This document shows, piece after piece, positions 13,588 through 25,159 of a DNA stretch of 64,000 nt. The notes under the pieces were generated by a model. It searched no databases. It was not told the origin of the DNA and worked only from the letters and a program-made list of their open reading frames with translations. The stretch is from contig NC_042997.1 in the NCBI RefSeq assembly GCF_006345805.1, positions 129,642,001-129,706,000 on the forward strand, read 5' to 3'. The position numbers and the translations under genes are program-made. Numbering within the stretch: the stretch's first letter is position 1; every line of letters starts with the position of its first letter. This stretch comes from Octopus sinensis. Lineage: Eukaryota.

Positions 13588-14919
13588 TTTATTTTTTTAA
13601 AAAGGTTCTGTACCATTGGTTGAAACATAACTACGAAGAGGTTGGGTATATTGTATTATATACAACTGTACAGCTATGTTTGTTTTCTTCTGAGTCGTCG
13701 AACTGCATTTATTTTTCTGAATTATTGCCTAGCTAGAGTCACTGTTTAAAAAATTAACCGATCCGATAAGTTAGCTTCTGCTGCGTGACCAGTGACACTG
13801 GGTAATGTAACTTTGGCCTGATTGGTCCGAATAGGTAAGTCCGTTGAAGAAATGCATTAGCTGATTGTCTGAAAGGTGATGGTGACACTTCTGTTGATGC
13901 CAACGCTTCAGGGCAGATGAACGGGCTATAAGCGATGTCGTGTGTTAATAATGCCGGGTCTTCTTGGTGAATGGTTAGCTGCTGCACCAGTTGATTGGTC
14001 CGAAATGTAATGACATAGACACGCTTGTTTACCCTACCCTGTTGTAGACGGATTTTGACTAAAGCAAACTATCAATTTCTGGATCTACATGCACTAGCTT
14101 AGCTAGAGTGTGCGGTCCGCCCTTCCGTTTGCCGGACCCCACAGAATACACTTATTGCCTACAGCAGACCCAAAAATACCGCCCCTTTAAAAGTGCCGTC
14201 AGAGGCAGTCCGCCCCCCCCCCCACTACATGCGATTAACTAAGATATTGTAAATACAATATGAGGCATTCGTTACATTAGCTCTCTCTATGTTGCTGTTC
14301 ACGAGAAGAATAACAATCGGTATTTGTTTTTATAGTAGCGAGAAGTGAATATTTCTATCGCAAAGGAAGTACGTGCATGGAATGAACGGACAAGTAGATG
14401 TCTCGATCTAGTTTTCCTGATAACTCGTGGAGAAATTACAACACTGTTGGTAGGATGAGATACTGGTGTAGCGATGACTGACTCAAGCTTTGTGACATGT
14501 CACTCTCCAGATAATCTTGCTTCAGACGGCCAACGCTAACACTCTTATTTTCTTGTATATCAATGACGATAACTTGGACGTATGAAATGTCCACAATAGA
14601 GTATCTGAAGTGACTTTGTAACTTAACTGCATGGTAGCGAATGAGCATGTGACCAACTGAGGAGATCTTGTGGAATATATTTTGTGATCGAATCTCAGTT
14701 GGCGATAGACTGGACAAGTGCTCAAATAATCGGTGAACATAGTTGGATGGATTGACGAAGTAAGTTAGCTCCCAGGATGAGGGCAAGTTAATAGTCAGCG
14801 ATGAATATCGATGTAAATATTTAGTGCAGTCCCAAATCAAACGTCAGTAGTCTCTCATTGCATACGGTAACGGGAAAGTTATTGATGGCTTCAAATAACA
14901 CGGCAGGAGGTATATTGGT

Positions 14920-15243
14920 GAAGGCGGGTGGCTTTGTGGTTAACATATTCGGCTCACGATCGTAAGGTCCTGATTTTGATTCCCGGCGGTTGTTGTGTCC
15001 TTGAGCAAGACACTTTATATTTTCACGTTGCTCTAGTTCAGTCAGCTGGCAAAAGAAATAGTACCTGTATTTCAAAGGGCCAGCTTTGTTACATTTTGTG
15101 TCACACTGAATCTCCCAGAGAACTGTATCAAGGGTACGCGTGTCTGTGGAGTGTTCAGTCACTTGCACGTTAAGTGAATGAGCAGGTCGTTCCGTTGATC
15201 GGATCAACTGGAACCCTCGTCGTCGCAAGCGACGGAGTGCCAC
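14920..15243 (+). mobile_element. tRNA-head SINE (family F) inserted in the Gypsy remnant
   Basis: tRNA-like head plus gtccttgagcaagacact core; homologous to 58512-58838 and 24430-24640. Confidence 0.85.
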
Positions 15244-16037
15244 TTTAGTGCATATGAGTGGATGGTAGGATGTTGGTTTCCACTTCAGTGTCTACGAGAA
15301 AACGTGTCAATTTTTTAATCGCTAGTGTAAAATAGATGATTAGTTGAATTATGGCCAGTTACATTTTCGGCTCTAATTCTTGGCTTCGTTTTTTTCTTTA
15401 TAAATGGGAAGTATTTTCAGTATGAACAAATTTGAATATAAAGGTTTTCACATCTAACTTTCTGCGATAACGCCGTTCCTCACGCCTGTAGAAACTTGTA
15501 GTTATGCGAACACTAGCAGGAAATGTTACGTGAGGGGTTATTTCCTTTGCTTGGTCTCTTTAGCCGATCGCTATAGAGTTATGTTTCGAGTGCTTGCAGC
15601 TGACGTATCAAAATTGCAACCTGAGCACTGAAATCCGCCACTTCTAACTGTAGCTACAGCGTAAGGATTTATATTCCACAGATCCGACGTGCGCAATTGA
15701 ATACAAGGGCGAAGATTTCCGCTATTCAGACTACCAACTGGGCTAATTGTTCAGCAAAATAGTTTTTGTAGTGTGTAATCTCCAGGCAGTTGATGTCTCT
15801 TGCATAGGAATTGTTTTGCTTTCACCTACTCTTCCGAAATGAGAAGCTAGAGTCACTGCTTCTGTTGAGATGTAGAGGTAACTAACTCTTTCCTCGGGGC
15901 CACACAGCTCACAGTGTATGGTGGAATGGTAAACAAGTCTTATTTTTAAGCTACTCCTGGCTGAAGCGGGCTCACAATAGAAGGGGAACATGTAGTTTCT
16001 GACGACATAATTAATGCATGTCAAAAAAACCGCGCCC

Positions 16038-16631
16038 GGATCTTTTCCTTTTGAACGGCACATGTCAACACAATTTCTAGTTAACTAAACACTTTAAAAC
16101 TTCGTATACGAGTAGAATGTGTCAAAATAAAACATTTTTTTCTCTTTGCTTTCTTGAGAAAATTGTAATTCGTTTGTTTAACGTAGTTTAATTTTTCGCA
16201 TTTTAACTAGTGAGCTAAAATCATTTGCTACGTCTAAAACTGAGACAACATCCTGTCACTAACCCTAACCCTAACCCTAAATTTTAGCCTTTCGTTTTTT
16301 TTTCTTAATTGTTATCCTTAAATTAATTTAACAATTAAGAAAAAAAAACAAAACAAAAGGCTAAAATTTAGGGTTAGGGTGGGGGTTAGGGTTAGTGACA
16401 GGATGTTGTCTCAGTTTTAGACGCAGCAAATGATTTTAGCTCAATTAGAGGTAATTGATTGGTTAAAATTCGAAAAATTAAATTACGTTAAACAAACGAA
16501 TTACAATTTTCTCAAGAAAGCCAAGAGAAAAAAATGTTTTATTTTGACACATTCTACCAGTATACAAAGTTTTAAAGTGTTTAGTTAACTAGAAATTGTG
16601 TTGACATGTGCCGTTCAAAAGGAAAAGATCC
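16038..16631. mobile_element. Fold-back DNA element with about 280-300 bp TIRs, internal (CCCTAA)/(TTAGGG) repeats and 8-bp TSD CCGCGCCC
   Basis: Termini GGATCTTTTCCTTTTGAACGGCACATGTCAACAC and its exact reverse complement; CCGCGCCC at 16030-16037 and 16632-16639. Confidence 0.9.
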
Positions 16632-16724
16632 CCGCGCCCCAACTTGTGCGAACCAGAAAGGAAAAGTTGGAAAGGAGGAAAATTCAAATTGTCGTCTGCA
16701 ATAAACGAAGCTCCTCTAAGGTGA

Positions 16725-16905
16725 CGAGCTGGCAGAAACGTTAGCACGCCGGGCGAAATGTGTAGCCGTATTTCGTCTGCCGCTACGTTCTGAGTTCAAA
16801 TTCCGCCAAGTTCGACTTTGCCTTTCATCCTTTCGGAGTCGATTAAATAAGTACCAGTTAATTAAATAGATGTGCAGTTTCCAGGCATTTATCAATCCCT
16901 TGAAT
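16725..16905 (+). mobile_element. tRNA-head SINE with Nin-like core (family D)
   Basis: gagctggcagaaacgttagcac...gagttcaaattcc...cctttcatcctttcggagtcgat; the Nin assignment is from recalled consensus. Confidence 0.8.
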
Positions 16906-17047
16906 ACTCCCATCGGCCACTTTGGAAACCCCTGTTCTATGTCATTGTCGACCTGTATTTACTTCTCAGCATAAAGAAATTTTGAAGGCTGCAGCGCTCT
17001 GACAGCCAACAACTGACGAGGACAGTTTATTTCATGCTATAATAAAC

Positions 17048-17411
17048 ACTAACACTATGACCCGGCAACGCCGGGTCATAGTGCCAGTGCATGCATATAC
17101 AGCTGCATGCATGCGCACATACACGCGAGTACTGTCCAAATCTCCGACCAATCACATACAGCTAGCTGGCATTCATTTGGCGTATCAAGTTTCGGGCATT
17201 TTGATGGGGTTTGGGATAGAAAATTCACAAAAAAGTCACTTCTATTGATTTTTTAATGGCTTTGCGGGGTGACTGGGGAAATGTAAAGATGTGCACGACC
17301 ACCCTTGGACGGTTTTGAATGACCATAGAAAGTGCGAGCTCTCTAACTGAAAAATTGTGGATTTGTATAAAGGACACACACGTAGACATTTTGCCGTTTA
17401 TATATAGAGAT
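17048..17411. mobile_element. Helentron/HINE-like non-autonomous element
   Basis: Perfect 14-bp hairpin CACTATGACCCGGC-aac-GCCGGGTCATAGTG near one end and acattttgccgtttatatatagag at the other, a typical Helentron-associated layout. Confidence 0.45.
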
Positions 17412-17499
17412 TAACATGAAAAAAATATCTGACAATCATGGGTGCTACGCTATTTATTTAGTTTTATTGTATAAGCTTCTCCAAAAAGGTAACCAAAGA

Positions 17500-18490
17500 T
17501 GTTCTTGAAAAGATGGTGGATAATCTTTTGGGCTTATACCTAGTCAACTGCTAGACCTCAAAACTTTAGTGTGCAGATGCGCAGAGAAGCAATATGTTGA
17601 CTGACAGAGAGTATTCGTTCAGTAGCACAACTTCTAGCCGGTTGATATTCTGGACAATATAGGGATCCCAATTTGGAGATGCAAACTGTGTGGACGTACC
17701 ATAGTCTATATAACTTTCAATTGGTAACTGGTGAGCAGCTGACAAAGTCATACTAAGTTATGCTAAAACACCTTCGGCCATTTTGACTTTTTTAGAAATG
17801 CTGTTCGTGCAATGCTGAACATTGTTGACAATAATGCTTGGGTCACGTGAACCAGCAGACTTTTTAAGGTTGATATTGTGAAAAGAGTAGGTATAAATTC
17901 CGGGTTTTCCTAAAATGTATTATGGTGTACTTGTCTACAGTCAGCTTGAGTGTCCAGTGTCCAGTCAGCAATCCATAGTTGCATTGTGTCAGATCAAATT
18001 GTAGGAAAGATCTATAGATTCTGTTCTTTTTATTTTATTCTTAGCTACAGCTTGTCGACTGCGTATTTTAACTTCAAACTGGCATTATTAAATTAAGCAA
18101 CAAATGATAGAAGGTGGGGAATACCGTATGTCATTGCATATGGTGCTGCATGTTGTCTTTGTATCGCGATTACCTTACAGAGAACGAAGGACTTAAGCAT
18201 TTTTAGCTCATATTCCCACTGAAGATGATAGAGTTTGGCGTAATGCTGTTAATCTAAGTATTTTGCAGTTCTTGTCAGTGGAGCACAAACTCGGAAGATA
18301 AAAAGGGAGACAATGAAAACAAAGATGATTTGGGTTCTAGAGACAAAGGAACATTTTGTTCGAGATCCACGTTGCAGAATGCTGGTTGGAATCAGCTGCC
18401 AGTAAAGACCCCAAAATGCAATGGTTTGAGTTCGTGTAAACTTGGCGTCAAATTCATCCAGCAATTTGGTGAAACTTTTAGCCTTGGACA
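17500..18490 (-). mobile_element. CR1/L2-type LINE RT fragment, decayed
   Basis: FASPNWDPYIVQNINRLEVV resembles EYASPVWDPY...INKLE.VQ; LKLTVDKYTIIHF resembles LNVDKC.V.HF. Confidence 0.7.
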
Positions 18491-19299
18491 ACTTCCCTGG
18501 TCGTTAACATAAATTGAATAATTTGTGATATTTTACCTATTTTTCTTTTCTTTTTCTTTAACCTCTTCCATGAATAAAATTTGGAATTTCTCTTATTTTA
18601 GAAAAAAACAAATTGTGATTTAACCTCGTCGGATTGGAAGACACAAAACCAGACCAAACAAAAGCCACTCTATTCATTGTGGTTGATACTTAAATAATAC
18701 GAGAATAGAAATTAGTCATTATTTTTTAAAAAAATGGAAAGAAAAAGAAAATATTGTGGAACAAAAAAAAAGTTGTTGATAAGATTGAATCGTCATTTTT
18801 CTTTTGGAAGATATTATTTTTAGTGGGATAAGGAATTAATTAAATATTCATATTCTCGTGGAACTGCTGTGCAACACAGGTCACACCAAATTGCTTTCAT
18901 TATCGAATACTTTAGTTCTTTCCCTAGAAATATAGAGACAATCCTTTCTTGATCATTGGCAGATTAAAGAAAACGCTCTTTCTATGTTAGAAAAGCAATA
19001 TAAAAGAATATCAGATTTTCTCATGCATAACGTATCTTGAACTACATTATACAGTGCATTCTATTGAAGGATTTTAACTGTTGAGATTTTAATGTTACGG
19101 TGGAAATGGTTTAGGGCAAAGAGTGCTTTTGTTATAGAATTTGAAGAACATTCGATAATGAACGATCATGCAACAATTTCAATTATTTAGGCACATGAAA
19201 ATATTTTACATTCTCCGATTTCTCTTATTTTTACGAAACAACGAAAAAAAAAAAGAACATTCTCCCAATAACTGGGTTGTTATAAAATTCAGTGTTTCA

Positions 19300-19373
19300 A
19301 GTTACGTCCCTTAACGCCCCCCCCCCAAGGTTAAAACTGAAAGTTGGTCGAGCGCGGCGCGTGCGCACGCGCT

Positions 19374-19429
<56 letters not shown>

Positions 19430-19700
19430 ATCCCTAAACCAGAAGAAGTTGACGGAAGCATAGCGAGGAAAAAAAAATAAAAAGAGAGTAAGAACAGAAT
19501 TCTTCCGTGGCCGCCAAACTAATGAATTATTGCTGTTTAAATTGGTCTTCCGTCGGTTTCGACTATGAATGTCCCAATTGTTCGATCAAACTGATCTACC
19601 CACTCATTGAGTGCACACTGACACGTGTACTTTTAAAGTAAACCTTAAGCAGATTCAGCGTAACAAGCCTGCTACTTTGGAATTACAGGTACATACTACC
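19300..19700 (+). promoter_or_regulatory. CpG-island-like promoter / candidate first exon
   Basis: C-run, 16-bp palindrome GCGCGTGCGCACGCGC (19357-19372, two NRF1-type GCGCnnGCGC sites), CCGCCAAA motif, candidate donors at 19638 and about 19689. Confidence 0.45.
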
Positions 19701-21051
19701 TGGCGGGATTCGGTATAGTTTCCGTCTATTCAGTTTCACTTAGAAAGTTTCGATCGACTTGAAGTTATGGTAAAGGACACTCACCCAAGATTACATGTAT
19801 GAGAATCGAACCCAAGACCTCATATTTGCGAAGCGGACTTTTTGATTACTCAGTACGTTTGCATCCGTATACTATTACTATTAATATCTTCATAATCATC
19901 GTTATTTTATCACACATAATCTTCCTCTATATCTCTTCCCCTCATAGTCTCTCTCTCTTTCTTTTCATCTCTCTCTCTCTGCATTGACCTCCATCCTTCA
20001 TTTCTCATTACCTCCTTCTCTTTATCTGACAGTCTTTCTTTTTTTTTATTACCCTGTCTTTCCCTAATTATCTCATTCACAACCATCCTCTACATCTCTC
20101 TTTCTCTCCTCTTTTACTAACGACAACCTGTTGAAGTTAAACTAATAATGATGTAATATTTCCATCTCTTCCTCCCACTTCTTTATCTCTTTTACTCTTA
20201 CTTACCCACTCACACTGCACATCGTGTCTTCTTTCACCTTTCTTTCTCATGTCTTCCTCTCATACTACTTCTCTTCTTACTCACCACATCTCTATTTTTC
20301 TCTTATAACTAAATATTTCTCTCACATCCACCACTTCCTCGTCAACATTTCGATTTCTTTTTCAACGCTACTCTTCTTTTTCTATTCTTCAACCACCTAT
20401 TTTCTTCTTTAGTTCTTTATATCTCCTCCCAGTATTTCCTCTCAATCTCTTCACACTCAGCCTCAGTGAAAATTTTCACTCCAATGTGTGTGTCTTTTCT
20501 GCTTGTCGGTTCTATAAAGCTGAGAAACTAACACCAGATTCTATATAGCTGACTTTATATATTACTAGAATGTATAACACCGTCCACTGTGCTTCAAGCG
20601 TGTGTATACGTTTCAAATGAATTGCTAGTGCGTATATAAAACTGTCATCTCAAGATGAATAAAGCTGGTTACTACAATACAAGAATTATGTTTTCTGTAG
20701 TAATATTGTGTATATAGCTGTCTACATTGATACCAGCGTGTATACAGCAGTCGACTGTATTACCAAGGAGTGTAAAGCCTTCTGCAGTACTTCAAATAGT
20801 CGTTATAACTGTCTTCAGTGCTACTAGTGTTATATGTAACTATCTACAATACTACCAGGGTAGTCTACACTACTAAAGCTGTATAATGTAACGCCAGGGT
20901 GTATATAGATGTAGAATGTATGTAAATGTATGCAATACTTCTTAAGATATATAGATAGCTGTCTTGTGTTAGCATCAGGATATATAAAGCTGTTTGCTGA
21001 GCTACTAGTGTGTGTGTTCTTTTGTGTACATATGTATGTATATATGTGTAT

Positions 21052-21262
21052 ATCATCATCATCATCATCATCATCACCACCACCATCACCATTTAACATC
21101 CGTTCTCCATACTGACTTGGGTTTGACAGTTTCACAGGAGCTGGCCGGATGGAGAGCTGTCTGGGTTCCATTTTTGTTTTGGTAAGGTTTCTATGGTTGG
21201 ATGCCCTTCCTAATGCCAACCGCTTTACAGAGTGTACTAGGTGCTTTTAACATAGCACTGGC
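21052..21262 (-). mobile_element. Family A repeat, short copy
   Basis: (CAT)n tail plus ggatgcccttcctaatgccaacc. Confidence 0.8.
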
Positions 21263-21299
21263 ATGGATATATGTATGTATATATATGTGTGTGTATATA

Positions 21300-21710
21300 T
21301 TCTTTTATTTATTTCAGTCATTTGACTGTGGCCATGCTAGAGCACTGCCTTTAGTTGAACAAACCGATCCTAGTACTTATTCTATAGGTCTCTTTTGGTG
21401 AGCCACTAAGTTACAGGGACATAAACACGCCAAAATCCGTTGTCAAAGCGACGGTGGGGAGACAAACACAGATACACAAACAATATATACATATATATAT
21501 AACATGTGATCTCTTGAGCACCACCAGCAAAAATATTTTTTTCCTCTGTCTTCCCTTCTCGGGATCTTTCCTTCTTCTTTGTTTCCGACGAAGAGCTCTG
21601 CTCGAAATGTTAAACCCTCCTTCCCTTCTTTCCTGAGCGTCAAATAATACTTTAATTGTTCCACGTCCTCGCGTTGCTGTGTTTTTTTCTGTGTTTTCTT
21701 GTTTGGATTA

Positions 21711-21764
<54 letters not shown>

Positions 21765-21925
21765 ATATGTATATATACAATGGGTTTCTTTCAGTTTCCA
21801 CCTACCAAGGCTTTGGTCGGCTTGAGGCTATAGTAGAAGACACTCGCCCAAGGTGTCAAGCTGTGGGATTGAACCCAGAACCATGTGGTTGGGAAGCAAG
21901 CTTCTTACTACACAGCCATGCCTGT
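21300..21925 (-). mobile_element. Composite tRNA-head SINE (families B and C around a central microsatellite), with an unrelated insert at about 21520-21715
   Basis: Head ggcatggctgtgtagtaagaagcttgcttcccaaccac on the minus strand; tail gactgaaataaataaaaga. Confidence 0.75.
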
Positions 21926-21957
21926 GCCTATATATATAATGTGCATATATATATATA

Positions 21958-23450
21958 TATCATCGTTCTCATCATCATCGTCGCCGTTTAACGTCTACTT
22001 TTCATGCTGGCATGGGTTGGATGGTTTGACTGAGGACTGGTGAGCCAGAAGGCTGCACCGGGCTCCAATCTGATCTGGCAAAGTTTCTACAGCTTGATGC
22101 CCTTCCTAACGCCAACCACTCCAAGAATGTAGTGGGTGCTTTTACGTGCCACCGACATGAGGGCCAATCAGGTGGTACTGGCAATGACCATGCTCAGAGG
22201 TGTTTTTTACGTGCCACCTGCATGGGAGCCAGTCTGGCAGTACTGGCAACGACCACGCTTGAATGTTGCTTTTTATGTGCCAGTAAGGAGACGCTGGCAA
22301 TGATCATATGTGAATGGTGCTTTTCACGTGCCACCAGCACGGGAGCCAGTCAGTGGCTGGCAACAATCACGTTCAGATGGTGCTTTTACCGTTCCACTGG
22401 CACAAGTGTCAATCAGGTGGTACTGTCATCAGCCATGTCAGTGATTTTGATTTCACTTGGCTCAACAGGTCTTCGCCAGCAAAGTTTATTGTCCAATGAA
22501 TGAAAGGTACTCATAAGTGGGCTGGTTATACACCACTGGCATAGGCCACGAGTTATAGTCTCATTTGGCTTGCCGGGTCTTCTCAAGCACAGCATGTCTC
22601 CAAAGGTGAGGCCCAATGTTTGAAGGTCGTGCTTCACCACCTCATCCCAGGTCTTCCTGGGTCTACCTCTTCCACCGGTTCCCTCAACTGCTAGGGTGTG
22701 ACACTTTTTCACACAGCTGTCCTCATCCATTTGCAACACATGACCATACCAGAGCAGTCATCTCTCTTGCACACCACATCTGATGCTTCTTAAGTCTAAC
22801 TTTTCTCTCGGAGTGCTTACACTCTGTCGTGTATGTACACTGCCATTACATATCCAGCGGCACATACTGGCTTCATTCCTTGCAAGCTTTCACATGTCCT
22901 CAGCAGTCACAGCCCATGTTTCACTGCCATGTAGCATGACTGTTCATAAACATGTGTCATGCAGTCTACCTTTTACTCTGAGTGAGAAGCCCTTTGTCAC
23001 CAGTAGAGGTAGGAGCTCTCTGAACTTTGCCCAGGCTATTCTTATTCTAGCAGCTACACTTTCAGAGCATCCACCCCCGTTACTGACTTGGTTACCTATG
23101 TAACGGAAGCTATCAACTACTTGTAGTTTTTTTCCCTAGAATGTGACAGAAGCTGTTCTCTGCACATTTTCAGTGTTTATTGCTCCTGAGCATTTGCCAC
23201 ATACAAAAACTATCTTCCCAGTTAGCCTTCCTTTTATATTGCTGTACCTCTTATGTGTCCATAGTTTACAATGGGTACATCTTATAGAGTTTCTACCTAC
23301 GCCTTTTCTAGAGATCGAGCAGAGCCATCTACCAGAAGGGATTTGTGGTTTATCTACCTTCCTACTTATTAAGACTTTGGTTTTTAGCTAGGTTGATTCT
23401 AAGGTCTTTTGATTCTAATCCTTGCTTCCATACCTGAAACTTCTCTAGTT
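21958..23450 (-). mobile_element. RTE LINE, 5'-truncated (RT C-terminus plus family A 3'UTR)
   Basis: MDEDSCVKKCHTLAVEGTGGRGRPRKTWDEVVKHDLQTLGL, continuous with the family A sequence and (GAT)n tail. Confidence 0.9.
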
Positions 23451-23454
23451 CTGA

Positions 23455-23850
23455 TAGTGACTCATTGGAATTGGTGTTATGTAAAAATATGTGTGCTGGT
23501 GCCACATAGAAAGCACATGTGCCAGTGCTATGTGGGATGCACCTGTGCCAATACTACATGGAAAAGCACCTGTGCTGGTGTCACACATAAAGCATCAGAT
23601 GTTTGGTATCACATATAAAGCATCTATGACAGTGCCACATGAAAAGCATTCAGTACAATCTGTAAAGTGGTTGGCATTAGAAAGGGCATCTAGCAATAGA
23701 AACCATGCCAAAAGCAGGCAATTGGAGCCTAGACAATTATCTGGCTGGCTATCTTTTGTCAAACCGTCCAATTATGCCTGCATGGAAAACAGACATCAAA
23801 TGATGATGTTGGTGGTAGTGGTGGTGGTGGTGAGGTTGATGATGTTGATG
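23455..23850 (+). mobile_element. Family A repeat
   Basis: gtggttggcattagaaagggcatc...tgatgatg tail. Confidence 0.8.
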
Positions 23851-24429
23851 TTGATGATATACACAACAGGCTTCTTTCAGTTTTTGTCTACCAAGTCTCT
23901 CCTCAGAAAGAAGTTCACTTCTTAACCACACAGGCATACCTATGTTGTCAAAAACGATGACAATTTTGTGGGAGAAACTGGTGCATTGAATACAACTAGA
24001 AAATTCCTTCATGAATTTCTTACCTAAGACTTCAGAATTTTTCTTTAACAGAAAAATATTATCAATAATTCGTAAACATGATAGTAAAAATGTGATTGTA
24101 AAATGGTAAAATGAATGGGGTCACGATGGTTCATAAAGTTCATAGCCAATTGGGCTGTCAAAAATGACAGCTGTTTTACAGATAGCATATTTTATTGTTC
24201 TACTGAATGATTTAATGATAGTTAGAAAAAACGTAATTTGCAAAACAATGAACCACATACATGCAATTATCATGATTCTGAAAGTTATTTACTCACAAAA
24301 TTCATAGTGAAACTGTGATTTCTGTAGTGTATCTTGTTTTTGACTCTGTCTTCATTTTTTTTTCTATTTAAATGTAAACTTTGAAATTATATATGTTCTT
24401 TTATTCCTTTACTTGTTTCAGTCATTGGA

Positions 24430-24640
24430 CAGCAGCCATGAAGTGTTTTCTCTGGGACTCTGTCAGTTATGATAATGAGTGTTTCAGTTGATCTAATCAA
24501 TGGAACAGCCTGCTCATGAAATTAACTTGCAAGTGGTTGAACATTCCACAAACATGTGTACCCTTAATGTAGTTCTCAGGGAGTCTCAGCATGACACAGA
24601 ATGTGACAAGGCTGGCCCTTTGAATTACAGGTACAACTCT
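24430..24640 (-). mobile_element. Family F SINE, CpG-decayed partial copy
   Basis: Reverse complement of the 15060-15200 segment. Confidence 0.75.
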
Positions 24641-24754
24641 CATTTTTTATTATTTTCTCCCTCCTTTCATTCTCTCTCTCTTGCTCACTCCCTCTGACTG
24701 GATAACCTCTACAACAAGATTCCTGTTTCTGTTACTCCGTCACACTCTAACCTC

Positions 24755-25075
24755 TCATCACCTGGTACATGGCCATCTCCTCCACTACTTCACCTCCCAA
24801 AGGATTTTTGTCTTGCAAGTTACTTGGTGAGTTACTAATGCTGGTACCACATAAAAAAAAAAAACATTCAGTACACACTGTAAAGCAGTTGGCATTAGGA
24901 AGGGCATCAAACCATAAAAACCATGCCAAAACAGACAGTGAAACCTGGTGCAGTTTTCTGGCTTGCTTGCTCCTGTCAAACTGTTCAACCCATGCCAGTA
25001 TGGAAAATGGGTGTTAAATGATGATGATGATGATGATGATGATGATGGTGATGGTGGTGGTGGTGGCGGTGGTAA
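24755..25075 (+). mobile_element. Family A repeat
   Basis: gttggcattaggaagggcatc...aaatgatgatgat. Confidence 0.8.
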
Positions 25076-25159
25076 TAATGAGGATGATGACAACAATGAC
25101 AATGATGATACAATATATATGTGTGTCTGTCAGGGTGCTCTTCAGTGCTACTGGTAACA

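Larger units (their letters stand above)
12150..16010 (-). mobile_element. Ty3/Gypsy LTR-retrotransposon remnant (gag 15500-16008, integrase C-terminus 14440-14830, long 3' tail; RT deleted)
   Basis: TSTSQQKQ*L*LLISEE and LAQLVV*IAEI..ADFSAQVAILIRQLQAL match Gypsy gag; PSNYVHRLFEHLSSLSPT...IDIQENKSVSVGRLKQDYLE matches the integrase tail (YVHRL..HM..L.P, DING..D.VSIDRLKPAYL). The extent of the 3' tail is inferred and no LTR pair was found. Confidence 0.7.

Noticed and set aside
16260-16395. Telomere or chromosome-fusion site
   Set aside because: Only 3-4 repeats per side, and they are internal to a TSD-flanked transposon
18850-19000. Possible second hAT transposase trace (KLLSLSNT)
   Set aside because: Too short and degenerate to support without an alignment
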